This document shows positions 47,836-59,989 of a stretch of 64,000 bases of DNA, piece after piece. The position numbers were made by a program, and so were the translations under genes. The DNA comes from Mobula hypostoma (lineage: Eukaryota), in contig NC_086101.1 of NCBI RefSeq assembly GCF_963921235.1, forward strand, positions 4,528,001 to 4,592,000, read 5' to 3'. A model generated the notes under the pieces. The model did not search any database and had not been told where the DNA came from. It saw only the letters and a program-made list of their open reading frames with translations. Within the stretch, counting starts at the first letter, position 1, and each line of letters starts with the position of its first letter.

Positions 47836-49720
47836 AACTACCTCCGCCCTCACTCCCCTGCCACTCTCCACCTCACCTTCCCTCCCTGACCTTCTCTCCA
47901 CTCACACCCACCTCTCCCCCTCCCATCACACATTGGCCCCCTTTACTCACCTCCCCCCTCAAATCCCCTCTCCCACTACTCCCCTTCCCTACTCTCTATC
48001 CCTCTCACCCTCTCTCCACACCTCTTCCCTCTCCTACCCACTCCCCTCTCTCCCCATTGCTCACCCTCACCCCCCTTCTTCCTCTCTTCTCTCTCCCCTC
48101 CCCACCACTCTCCCACATTCCTCCTCCCCTTCCCCCTCATCTCTCTCACTCTCATTCGACCTCCCTCCACATCTCACCCCTCCCCTCTACCCCCTTCCTG
48201 TCTTATTCTGCCCATATTCCTCCTCTCCCCCCACTTCCCCCTCACCCTCTCCCACTCTCCATGTTTCACCCCTCCCCTCTCTCCTACTCTCCACCATCCT
48301 CTGTCCCCCTCACACCCCTCTCATCTCCCGACTCCTCTCTCACAGAATCACCCCCTCCCCATCTCTCTTGCTGTCTCCCCACCACTCTCCACCCTCTCCC
48401 CCACTTTCCCCTCTGAAACTCTCTCCCAGTTTCCCCCCTCATGGCCCTCTACCCCCCTTGCCTCCCCACCCCCTCTCTCGCTTCTCTGCCACTCTCTCCA
48501 CACTTCCCCCCTCTCCCTTCCCCATCCTCCCCTCTTTTTCCAGCACTCTCTTCACTCCCCCCACCTCTCAGCCCTCATGCCCACTGTGTCCCCATCTCTG
48601 CCTCTCCCTCTCAGCCCCTCTCCCACATCAACCCCCCTCCCCTTCTCCCCCTCCCCCAAATATCACCTCTCTCGCTCCCCCCTCCCCATCTGGCCCCCTT
48701 ATGCCCCCTCTTCCCCACTGCTCCAGCCTATCTCCCTCTCTCCCCCCTCTCTCCCCCTTGCCCCCCTCTCTCTCGTCCTTTCTGCCCTCTCCTACCTCTC
48801 TCCACACTCACTCCCCCTTCTCTGCACTTCTTTCCAGTCACTCCTCCTCTCTCCTTGACCTTCTCTCCCCAGCTCTCCCACTCTTCCCACCTCTCTCAAC
48901 CCCTTCTCCCCTTTCTCTCACTATCTTCCCTGCTCTCCCACCCCCTCTCACTCTCTTCCCCTCTCTAACCCACCCTGCCCTCCCTCTCTCTCTCCCCATA
49001 TTTCTGCCCTATCTCCACCCTCTCGACACCTCGCTCCCCTTCTCTCCCTCACTCACCCATCTTGCCCTCCCAGCCAACTCTCCACTCTCCCCACCTCTCT
49101 GCCCTCTTCTCCCCTCTCCCCCTCACACTCTCCCCCTTCCCTCACGCATTATCCACCTCGCTACACTTCACCCTCACTGCTCCCAGTCTCACCCCGTCTC
49201 CCCATCTCACTCCTGATCATCTCCCCACTCTCCTCCTCTACCTACCACTCTCCCCACACTCTCCCCCTCTACCTACGACTCTCCCCATCTACCCCACTCC
49301 ATCTCACACCTTCCCCTCTTTCTTCCTCTCCCCTTCTTTCCCACTCTCCCCACCTCTCTCCCTCATTCTCCCTTTCCTTCTCTCTCCCCCCTACCTCTCT
49401 AACTCTCTCCCCTTTTTCCCCACACTTCCCTCCCCATTCTCCCCCTTACTTCTCTGCCCATTCTCTCCACACCTCTCCCTCTCTCCCCTCTTTCCCCATA
49501 CTCCCCTCCCCTCTCTCTTGCTTCTGTGCCCCTCTCGACACACCTCTCCCCACTCTCCCCTTCCCTCTCTCTCTATCATGCTCTTCCCTCTCCCCACCTC
49601 TCTCCTCCCTTTCCCCTTCTCACCTCCTCTCACCCACCCTCTCCCCCTCCCCGCCCTTCTCTTCCACACCTATCCCCCTTTCTCCCACTGTCTCCCCCTC
49701 TCTCCACACATCTCACACAC

Positions 49721-50576
49721 AGGCTGGGTGAGTGGGCAGATACATGGCAGATGCAGTTTAATGTGGATAAATGTGAGGTTATCCACTTTGGTGGTAAGAA
49801 CAGGAAGGCAGATTATTATCTAAGTGGAGTCAAGTTAGGAAAAGGGGAAGCACAACGCCATCCAGGTGTTCTGGTACATCAGTCACTGAAAGCAAGAATG
49901 CAAGTACAGCAGGCAGTGAAGAAAGCTAATGGCATGCTGGCCTTCATAACAGGGGGAATTGAGTACAAGAGCAAAGAGGTCCTTCTGCAGCTGTACAGGG
50001 TCCTGGTGAGACCACACCTGGAGTACTGTGTGCAGTTTTGGTCTCCAAATTTGAAGAAGGACATTCTTGCTATTGAGGGAGTGCAGCGTAGGTTCACAAG
50101 GTTAATTCCCGGGATGGCGGGACTGCCATATGTCGAAAGATTGGAGCGACTGGGCTTGTATACTCTGGAGTTTAGAAGGCTGAGAGGGGATCTTATTGAA
50201 ACATATAAGATTATTAAGGGATTGGATATGCTGGAGGCAGGAAGCATGTTCCCGCTGATGGGTGAGTCCAGAACCAGAGGCCACAGTTTAAGAATTAGGG
50301 GTAGGCCATTTAGAACGGAGTTGAGGAAAAACTTTTTCACCCAGAGAGTGGTGGATATATGGAATGCTCTGCCCCAGAAGGCTGTGGAGGCCAAGTCTCT
50401 GGAAGCTGTCAAAAAAGAGCTGGATAGAGCTCTTAAAGATAGCGGAATCAAAGGTTATGGTGATAAGGCAGGAACTGGATACTGATTGTGGGTGATCAGC
50501 CATGATCACAGTGAATGGCAGTGCTGGCTCGAAGGGCCGAATGGCCTACTCCTCCTGCACCTATTGTCTATTGTCT
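49721..50576 (+). mobile_element. CR1 LINE 3' fragment with open ORF2 C-terminus
   Basis: RLGEWADTWQMQFNVDKCEVIHFG...[20 protein letters not shown] tail. Confidence 0.92.
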
Positions 50577-52099
50577 CCCTTTCTCCCCCTCCCTATCACT
50601 CTCTCACCCTCTTGTCCCCTCATGCTCCCTCTCACCCCCTCTTAACGGAAGATGTTGAATCCTTGTGGGTTGAGTGAAGAAACTGCAAGGGTGACAGGAC
50701 CCTGATGGCAGTTATATACAGGCCTCCCAACAGTAGCTGGGATGTGGACCACAGGTTACAATGGGAAATAGAAAAGGGCAATGTCATGATAGTCATGAGA
50801 GATTTTAACATGCACATCTCCCCATCTCGCCCTCTTGCTCCACTGTACCAACCTCTCAACCCACCCCCCACCTCTCCTCCTTCCCTCCAACTCTCTGCCC
50901 TTTCCCCTCTCCCCCTCAAACCCCCTCTCTGCCCTTGTCCCTTTCCCCCTCTCACCCCTTCCTTCGATTCGCTGCCCTTTCCCCTCCCCCTTAAACCCCC
51001 CTCATCTCTCCCTCCCTCTCATCTCTCCCCCATTTCTCCACTCATTTCTGCTGCTGTCACCCTCCTCCTCCTCTCCCCCTCACTCCCCACCACTCTCCCC
51101 TTCTGTACCTCTCCCCACACTCCCCCTCACTTCACCTCTCCCACTTCTCCCCCTCTACACCCTTCTCCCCTTTCCCCCTTGCTCCACACCTCCCCACCTC
51201 TCCCACTGTCCCTCTCACCCCCTCTCTTTACCCCTCTCACCCCACCTCTCACCCCCTCTCTTTAAGAACAGGAGCAGGAGTCGGCCATCTGGCCCATCGA
51301 GCCTGCTCTGCCATTCAATAAGATCATGGCTGATCTGGCCATGGGGTCATCTCCACCTTACCTGCCCATAACCCTTAAATCCTCTACTATGTAAAAGCCT
51401 ATTCAACCTTGTCTTAAATATCTTGACTGAGGTAGGTCCACTGCTTCACTGGGCAGAGAATTCCACAGATTCACCACTCTTTGGGAAAAGCAGTTCTTCC
51501 TTTTCTTCATCCCAAGTTTACTCCCCTGAATCTTGAGGCAATCTACAGATTTTTTTTTCCTCTAAATTCAATTCAAGTTTAATTCTCATTCAACCATACA
51601 TGAATTCTTATGAATACAGCCAAATGCGACAGCGTTACTATGGGGTCAGGGTGCTACAGTACAGTCACACGCAACACATTCACAGAATGAGTCCTGATGC
51701 CTCCCTCCCACGGCTGGATGCCCAGCCCGTTCCCATACAAACCCATATAGAATATTAGTAAAGAAATTCAATGATGCAGAATATGCATTTATATAATCCT
51801 TAGGACTGGTCGAGAAGGTGCAGCCAGGTTCAATCACTCGGCATCCAGGATGAGGTAGTAAACTGGATCAGACGTTGGCTTTGTGGGAGAAGCCAGTGAG
51901 TGGTAGGAGATGGTTTCTGTTCTGACGGGAAGCCTGTGACTAGTTTTCTGCCACAGGGACCAGTGCTGGGCCCCTTGTTGTTTGTCATCTATGTCAGTGA
52001 TCTGGATGATCATGTGGTTAACTGGATCAGCACATCTGCAGATGACACCAAGATTAGGGGTGTAGTGGATAGTGAGAAAAACTATCAAAGCTTGTTAGG

Positions 52100-53054
52100 T
52101 GTCACGTACCCCGTGACGGGTTAAAGAACCAGCAGAAATGGAAAACACTTTGGAGTCCAGTATTGCTCTTAACTAATATTATTTATTAGTAACTATGCAA
52201 TACAGTAATATAAAATGCGGATAAATCATACAGGTTAGCAATGATTATATATAAGTAAGTATATCAGTAAGTGTGGAAATATATATGAAAAACCAAGCTT
52301 CTTCAAGTCTAGGGGTAAATAGATAGTCTTACAATGATGAGTAAAGTTCAGTTCGTGGTATTGAGTTGAGTAGTGATGGAGAGAGGGAGAGATTTGAGTC
52401 TTCAGATGAGCTGACGCCGTCAATCTTCCCATGGTCCTCCGAAATCCTTTAAGTCACCAACTGTGACTTCAACAAAGGGGACCGTTTTTCATCAACCCGG
52501 GCAAAGGTTGGACACATGGACAACTCCCCACCGGTCACTCGCTTTTCCTCACTGCAAGAGCCACTGATCGATCCTCCAAAAACCCACTTTTTTCTGTGGG
52601 CACAACAAAGCTCATTCAGTGTCCAAAACTGTGTGTCTCAGGTCTATCATGTGACCTTCTATTTATCTCACCATACTGAGTACCAACTGTCATTCAAATA
52701 ACTCCTCCTTCCATTGTCTGTGTAAGAGTGTACAAGCAGGCAAATATCCTTGTAAAAAATAAACACACTCCAGAGAAACTATAACATCGATTGTCCATCA
52801 AATAACGTCGCCCTTGGTCACCATAGTGACTTACGAGCTACCCGGTGCCCTCTCTCTCCAACTCAGCAGAAAAGTTAGTCTCAATTCCTCCTCGTGTCTT
52901 AAAGTGGCAGTCCAAAAATTAGTCTTCGTCTCTCTCTCTCTCTTGCTTTCTTTCTCTCTCTCTCTCTCTTTTCAAAACCAGATGTTGGTGTTAAATACCT
53001 CTCTCTCGCTTTTCAAAAGCACAGTTCATAGGGGTAATTCAGGACCCTGTCATA
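52100..53054 (-). mobile_element. Solo LTR inserted in an older CR1
   Basis: Starts TGTCACGTACCCCG, ends CTGTCATA; CR1 sequence resumes on both sides; the first ~600 bp are homologous to 62703-63579; strand inferred from TTTATT near the left end. Confidence 0.65.
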
Positions 53055-53233
53055 AAGGAATCTGCATCAGCTGGAAAAATGGGCTGAAAATGGCAGATGG
53101 AATTTAATGCAGACAGGTACAAGGTTTTGCTCTGGCAGGACCAACCAGGGTCGGTCTTGCCCCGTGAATGGTAGGGCACTGAGGAGTGTAGTAGAACAAA
53201 TGGATCTGGAAATACAGGTCCATAATTTATTGA

Positions 53234-53415
53234 CAAACAAGAGAAAATCTGGAGATGCTGGAAAACCGAGCAACACACACAAAATGCTTGAGGAACTCAG
53301 CAGGCCAGGCAGCATCTGTGGGAAAGAGTTCAAGTGACGCCTCCGTCTGAAATGGTGACCGTCCTCTTTTCCTAGATGCGGCCTGGCCTGCTGAGTTCCT
53401 TCAGCATTTTGTATG
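53234..53415. mobile_element. Penelope pLTR-derived fold-back element (right tip displaced to 56167-56172 by a CR1 insertion)
   Basis: Arms CAAAATGCTTGAGGAACTCAGCAGGCCAGGCAGCATCT / AGATGCGGCCTGGCCTGCTGAGTTCCTTCAGCATTTTG. Confidence 0.7.
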
Positions 53416-56166
53416 GTCTCTGGGAGCTGAACGTCGGTATATCGGAAGGATAGGAAGGTAGGCAGAGGGGGAGGCATGGCTTTATTGGTAAGAAATGATA
53501 TTAAATCATTAGAAAGAGGTGATATAGGATAAGAAGGTGCAGAATCTTTATGGGTTGAGCTAAGGAATAGCAGGGGTAAAAGGACCCTGATGGCAGTTAT
53601 TTATAGGCCTCCAAACAGCTGCAGGGATGTGGACTACAAATTACAACTGGAAATAGAAAAGGCTTGTCAGAAGGGCAGTGTTATGATAATTGTGGGGGAT
53701 TTTAACATGTGAGTAGATTGGAAAAATCAGGTCGGCACTGGATCTCAAGAGAGAGAATTTGTAGAATGTCTGCGAGATGGCTTTTTACAGCTTGTTGTTG
53801 AGCCCACTAGGGGATCGGCTGTACTGGATTGGGTATTGTGTAATGAACCGGAGGTGATTGGAGAGATTGAGGTGAAGGAACCCTTAGGAGACAGTGATCA
53901 TAATATGATTGAGTTCACTGGGAAATTAGAAAAAGAGAAGCCGAAATCTGATGTGTCGGTGTTTCAGTGGAGTAAAGGAAATTACAGTGGCATGAGAGGG
54001 GAACTGGCCAAAGTTGACTGGAAAGAAACATTGGCGGGAAAGACGCAGAGCAGCAGTGGCTGGAGTTTATGCAAAAAATGAGGAATGTGCAAGACAGGTA
54101 TATTCCAAAAATAAAGAAATTTTCGAGTGGAAAAAGGATGCAACCATGGTTAACAAGAGAAGTCAAAGCCAAAGTTAAAGCAAAGGAGAGGGCATACAAG
54201 GAAGCAAAAATTAGTGGGAAGAGAGAGGATTGGGAAGTTTTTAAAACCTTACAAAAGGAAACCAAGAAGGTCATTAAGAGAGAAAAGATTAACTATGAAA
54301 GGAAACTAGCAAATAATATCAAAGAGGATACTAAAAGCTTTTTCAAGTATATAAAGAGTAAAAGACAGGTGAGAGTAGATATAGGACCGATAAGAAAATG
54401 ATACTGGAGAAATTGTAATGGGAGATGAGAAGATGGCAGAGTAACTGAACAAGTATTTTGCATCAGTCTTCACTGAGGAAGACAGCAGGATACCGGACAC
54501 TCAAGGGTGGCAGGGAAGAGAAGTGTGCGCAGTCACAATTACGACAGAGAAAGTATTCAGGAAGCTGAATAGGCTAAAGGTAGATAAATCTCCTGGACTA
54601 GATGGAATGCACCCTCGTGTTCTGAAGGAAGTAGCTGTGGAGGTTATGGAGGCATTAGCGATGATCTTTCAAAAGTCAGTAGATTCTGGCATGGTTCCGG
54701 AAGACTGGAAGATTGCAAATGTCACTCCGCTATTTAAGAAGGGGGCAAGGAAGCAAAAAGGAAATTATAGACCTGTTAGCTTGACATCGGTGGTTGGGAA
54801 GTTGTTGGAGTCGATAGTCAAGGATGAGGTTACAGAGTACCTGGAGGCATATGACAAGATAGGCAGAACTCAGCATGGATTCCTTAAAGGAAAATCCTGC
54901 CTGACAAACCTATTACAATTTTTTGAGGAAATTACCAGTAGGCTAGACAAGCGAGATGCAGTGGATGTTGTATATTTGGATTTTCAGAAGGCCTTTGACA
55001 AGGTGCCACACATGAGGCTACTTAACAAGATGAGAGCGCATGGAATTATGGGAAATTGCGTTCAGAAACAGCGTTGGCTGATTGGCAGGAAACAGAGAGT
55101 GGGAATAAAGGGATCCTATTCTGGTTGGCTGCCGGTTACCAGTGGTGTTCCACAGGGATCAGTGTTGGGACCGCTTCTTTTTACATTGTACATCAACGAT
55201 CTGGATTATGGAATAGATGGCTTTGTGGCTAAGTTTGCTGACGATACGAAGATAGGTGGAGGGGCCGGTAGTGCTGAGGAAATGGAGAGTCTGCAGAAAG
55301 ACTTGGATAGATTGGAAGAATGGACAGAGAAGTGGCAAATGAAGTACAATGTTGGAAAGTGTATGGTTATGCACTTTGGCAGAAAAAATAAATGGGCAGA
55401 CTATTATTTAAATGGGGAAAGAATTCAAAGTTCTGAGATGCAACGGGACCTGGGAGTCCTCGTACAGGATTCCCTTAAAGTTAACCTCCAGGTTGAGTCA
55501 GTAGTGAAGAAGGCGAATGCAATGTTGGCATTCATTTCTAGAGGAATAGAGTATAGGAGCAGGGATGTGATGTTGAGGCTCTATAAGGCGCTGATGAGAC
55601 CTCACTTGGAGTACTATGGGCAGTTTTGGTCTCCTTATTTAAGAAAGGATGTACTGACGTTGGAGAGGGTACAGAGAAGATTCACGAGAATGATTCCGGG
55701 AATGAGAGGGTTAACATATGAGGAACGTTTGTCCGCTCTTGGACTGTATTCCTTGGAGTTTAGAAGAATGAGGGGAGACCTCATAGAAACATTTCGAATG
55801 TTAAAAGGCATGGACAGAGTGGATGTGGCAAAGTTGTTTCCCATGATGGGGGAGTCTAGTACGAGAGGGCATGACTTCAGGATTGAAGGGCGCCCTTTCA
55901 GAATAGAAATGCGAAGAAATTTTTTTAGTCAGAGGGTGGTGAATCTATGGAATTTGTTGCCACGGGCAGCAGTGGAGGCCAAGTCATTGGGTGTATTTAA
56001 GGCAGAGATTGATAGGTATCTGAGTAGCCAGGGCATCAAAGGTTATGGTGAGAAGGCGGGGCAGTGGGACTAAATAGGATAAAATGGATCAGCTCATGAT
56101 AAAATGGTGGAGCAGACTCGATGGGCTGAATGGCCTACTTCTGTTCCTTTGTCTTATGGTCTTATG
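53416..56166 (+). mobile_element. CR1 LINE, most of ORF2 (APE endonuclease remnant + reverse transcriptase), disrupted
   Basis: VIYRPPN, VGDFN, GDSDHN endonuclease motifs with stops and frameshifts; 516-aa open RT segment with NYRPVSLTS, YLDFQKAFDKV, GVPQGSVLGPLLF, FADD. Confidence 0.95.
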
Positions 56167-56952
56167 TGTTGCTCCATAATATGTTGAAAGGGGCGTCACA
56201 GCTAGATAGGTTTGTAAAGATTGCCTTTGGCACATTGATCTTCATAAATCATTGTATTGAGTGCAGGAGATGAAATGTTATGTTGAAGTTGTATAAGACG
56301 TTAGTGAGGCCTAAACTAGAGCATTGTGTGCAATTTTGGTCACCTGCCTGCAGGAAAGGTTGGAAGAGCACAGCGAAAAATTACAAGGATGTTGCTGCAT
56401 CTGGAGGACCTGAGTTATAAGGGAAGACTGAATAGATTAAAACTGCATTCTTTTGAATGTAGAAGATTGAGAGGAGATTTGGTGGAGATGTACAACAATA
56501 TGAGATGTAAATGCAAGCGGACTTTTCCAACTGAGGTTGGGTGGGACTACAAACAGAGGTCATGACTTAAGGGTGAAAGGTGAGAAGTTTAAGGGAAACA
56601 TGAGGGGAAACTTCTTCAAGTCAAGTCAAGTCACTTTTTATGGTCGTTTTGACCATCACTGCTGGTACAGTAAACAGTAAAAATGAGACAACGTTTTTCA
56701 GGACCATGGTGCTACATGAACAATACAAAAACTACACTGAACTACGTAAAACAACACAAAACTAGACTACAGCCCTACTGAGGACTGCATAAAGTGCATG
56801 AAACAGTGCAGGCATTACAATAAATAACAAACAAGACAATATGCACAGTAGAGGGCAGTAGGCTGGTGTCAGTCCAGGTTCTGGGTATTGAGGAGTCTGA
56901 TGACTTGGGGGAAGAAACTGTTACATAGTCTGGTCGTGAGAGCCTCAATACT

Positions 56953-58150
56953 TCAAGCAACACACATCAAAGTTGCTGGTGAACGCAGCAGGCCAGGCAG
57001 CATCTCTAGGAAGAGCTATAGTCGACGTTTCAGGCCGAGTCCCTTCGGTCAGGACTAACTGAAGGAAGAGTTAGTAAGAGATTTGAAAGTGGGAGGGGGA
57101 GGGAGAGATCCAAAATGATAGGAGAAGACAGGAGGGGAAGGGATGGAGCCAAGAGCTGGACAGGTGATTGGCAAAGGGGATATAAGAGGATCATGGGACA
57201 GGAGGCCTTGGGAGAAAGGGAGGGGGAGGGGGAACCCAGAGGATGGGCAAGGAGTATAGTGAGAGGGACGGAGGGAGAAAAAGGAGAGAGAGAGAGAAAG
57301 AATGTGTGTATATAAATAAATAACGGATGGGGTACGAGGGGGAGGGGGGGCATTAGCGGAAGTTAGAGAAGTCAGTGTTCATGCCATCAGGTTGGAGGCT
57401 ACCCAGACAGAATATAAGGTGTTGTTCCTCCAACCTGAGTGTGGCTTCATCTTTACAGTAGAGGAGGCCGTGGATAGACATATTCGAATGGGAATGGGAT
57501 GTGGAACTAAAACGTGTGGTCACTGGGAGATCCTGCTTTCTCTGGCGGACAGAGTATAGGTGTTCGGCGAAATGGTCTCCCAGTGTGCGTTGGGTCTCGC
57601 CAATATATAGAAGGCCACATCGGGAGCACCGGACACAGTATATCACCCCAGCTGACTCACAGGTGAAGTGTCGCCTCACCTGGAAGGACTGTCTGGGGCC
57701 CTGAATGGTGGTGACGGAGGAAGTGTAAGGGCATGTGTAGCACTTGTTCTGCTTACAAGGATAAGTGCCAGGAGGGAGATCAGTGGGGAGGGATGCGGAG
57801 GGGGGGGGAACGAATGGACAAGGGAGTCGCGCAGGGAGCGAAGCCTGCGGAAAGCAGAGAGGAGGAGAGGGAAAGATGTGCTTAGTGGTGGGATCCTGTT
57901 GGAGGTGGCGGAAGTTGCGGAGAATAATATGTTGGACCTGGAGGTTGGTGGGGTGGTAGGTGAGGACCAGGGGAACCCTATTCCTAGTGGGGTGACGGGA
58001 GGATGGAGTGAGAGCAGATGTACGTGAAATGGGGGAGATGCGTTTGAGAGCAGAGTTGGTGGTGGAGGAAGGGAAGCCCCTTTCTTTAAAAAAAGAGGAC
58101 AGCTCCTTCGTCCTGGAATGAAAAGCCTCATCCTGAGAGCGGATGCGGCG
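56953..58150 (-). mobile_element. Penelope-like element 3' part: GIY-YIG endonuclease ORF (ends 57353) + pLTR with hammerhead motif
   Basis: FTCESAGVIYCVRCSRCGLLYIGETQRTLGDHFAEH (VIY..YIG); downstream TAGTC-CTGACCGA...GAAACGTC-GACTA at 57057-57019. Confidence 0.9.
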
Positions 58151-58809
58151 GACCAGTTTAACCAGTTCCAGCTCCAACTCCTTGACGCGGATTGTCGGAA
58201 TCTGCCGCCGGATGCGCTTCTGTCACTTGCGGTCGTCACCGTGTTCTGGAAGTGTTACTTGGGACACATTTGCAAGGTGAAGCGGCACATAGAGCTGACC
58301 TCCGCCGGCTGGCAATTATGTTTCAATTGACTCGGGTGGAGTGCGTATTCAGCCAACAGGGAGGGCAGGCCCAGGGGTTCGAGGCCTTCGCTGGGTCAGG
58401 GTCGACCCTGGCCCTGAGGTTAACCCGGTTCCTAATCGCTTCCCCGGTGCGCACAGAGAGTTCCGAACGTTTCCTCTAATGTTTCTAATTTTCCACGAAA
58501 CAGAGTGACCTTCAAAGTCGCCAGTTTTCCGAAACATTGACTTGGTGGTTAGAAAGGGGGAATGTGATCATTTGGTAACAGCGCATCACAAGTTCAAGTT
58601 TAATTGTCATTCAACCATGCAATATTCATGATATGGCCCAAAGAAACGGCGTTGCCCCGGGGCCTAGGTGCAAAACACAGAACCAACACCCCCACACAGT
58701 ACAAGGCGGCAAACGAAAATATAACAGGCCCAAGCCCCTGAGTCCACAAATGCTGCCGACAAGACGCCGGCAGCAATCTGCAGACGAACGCAGTCCAGCT
58801 TGTCTTCCA

Positions 58810-59030
58810 ACAAACACACATCAAAGTTGCTGGTGAACGCAGCAGGCCAGGCAGCATCTCTAGGAAGAACTACAGTTGACGTTTAGGGACGAGACACTTC
58901 GTCAGGACGGAGGGTCTCGGCCTGAAACGTCGACTGTACCTCTTCCTAGAGATGCTGCCTGGCCAGCTGCGTCCACCAGCAACTTTGATGTGCGTTGCTT
59001 GAATTTCCAGCATCTGCAGATTTCCTCGTG
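58810..59030. mobile_element. Penelope pLTR-derived palindromic element with perfect 15-bp TSD
   Basis: Inverted arms of about 90 bp (58813-58996); CCAGCTTGTCTTCCA at 58795-58809 and 59031-59045. Confidence 0.85.
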
Positions 59031-59989
59031 CCAGCTTGTCTTCCACCGAGAGAACACTGGGGAGCAGCCAACCTCTCCCGGGAGGCTGTAACCAGCGACA
59101 ACCGCCGCCGGCTACAACTGTGGCCACGCGGTGCCCCGATCATAGGCAAACTCTGCATCCAAGCCCCAGGCCAGTCAAAGCCACCCTTCTCCAAAGCATA
59201 CGCCCAACTGTTCGCTTAACGGGGAATAGAGGTAGCGGATGGCCGAGATGAGAAATAGAGCTGGGGACCCCGGGACCTGGCGCCCTGAAACAAGGGGAGG
59301 GTGGGTAGCCGAGGGAGCTTTTCGCCGGCGATGGGTGTAGTTGAGAAGTTGGAAATGTCAGGGACTTGGGTAGTCTGAGCTAGCTCCCCGCGGAACCGTT
59401 TACCGAGCAAAGGGAGAGATACGGATGGGGTGGGGTTACCGACATTGAAACAGTTTGTTACCGGGAGAACGTGGGTGGCCGCGGTTCACTCTGTGTGGCC
59501 GGCTGCGGAGGATGGAGGCGTGGCGAAATGTGGGAGGGGGAGCGTCTGGACCAGTCAGAGGCCCTCAAACGGGAGTTGGATTGGCCGAGGGATGAAGAGA
59601 TGGAACTCATGGAGATCGTTTCTCCACTCTGTCGTTCCGTCCTCGTCCCATTTCCAAACTGTCCGCGCGGATCTCTCCACTCTATTCTCCTCCTGTGATC
59701 GACCCACGCGTTTCCGCTCGCTAACGTCTATCCCCGCATGTGAAAGTTCCACCCAGTGCAAAGTTAACGCCCGCTGTCAATCGGCCCACTGTCTTGCTCT
59801 CAGGGAAGAGAAGGAAACGCTTACCGCTGTCAGGCGGTGCGAGCTTCAGCGTTCCTTTGATAATTAGACGGCAGATCCCTCGGCCCACAATGATGTGACA
59901 ACCTTTTAACCTGTTCTAACCCTTCCCTCCCACACAGAACTCCATTTTCCTATCCAAGAGTATTGTACTCAATAATCTATAACTATTGC

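Larger units (their letters stand above)
45985..51260. repeat. Multi-kb C/T-rich low-complexity tract interrupted by LINE insertions
   Basis: Pyrimidine-dominated at 45985-47155, 47840-49720 and most of 50575-51260. Confidence 0.92.

Noticed and set aside
45888..49823. Pro/Ser/Leu-rich ORFs of 250-430 aa (also 26782-27480 and 50705-51371)
   Set aside because: Pyrimidine tracts lack stop codons by composition; not real genes.
54523..56073. Active or domesticated reverse transcriptase gene
   Set aside because: Ordinary CR1 ORF2; the upstream endonuclease region has stops and frameshifts and the element is 5'-truncated.
44100..59900. NEU1 or other exons between SLC44A4 and the TRIM gene
   Set aside because: No sialidase or other host-gene motifs seen; the interval is largely accounted for by 3' UTR and repeats, though very small exons cannot be excluded.
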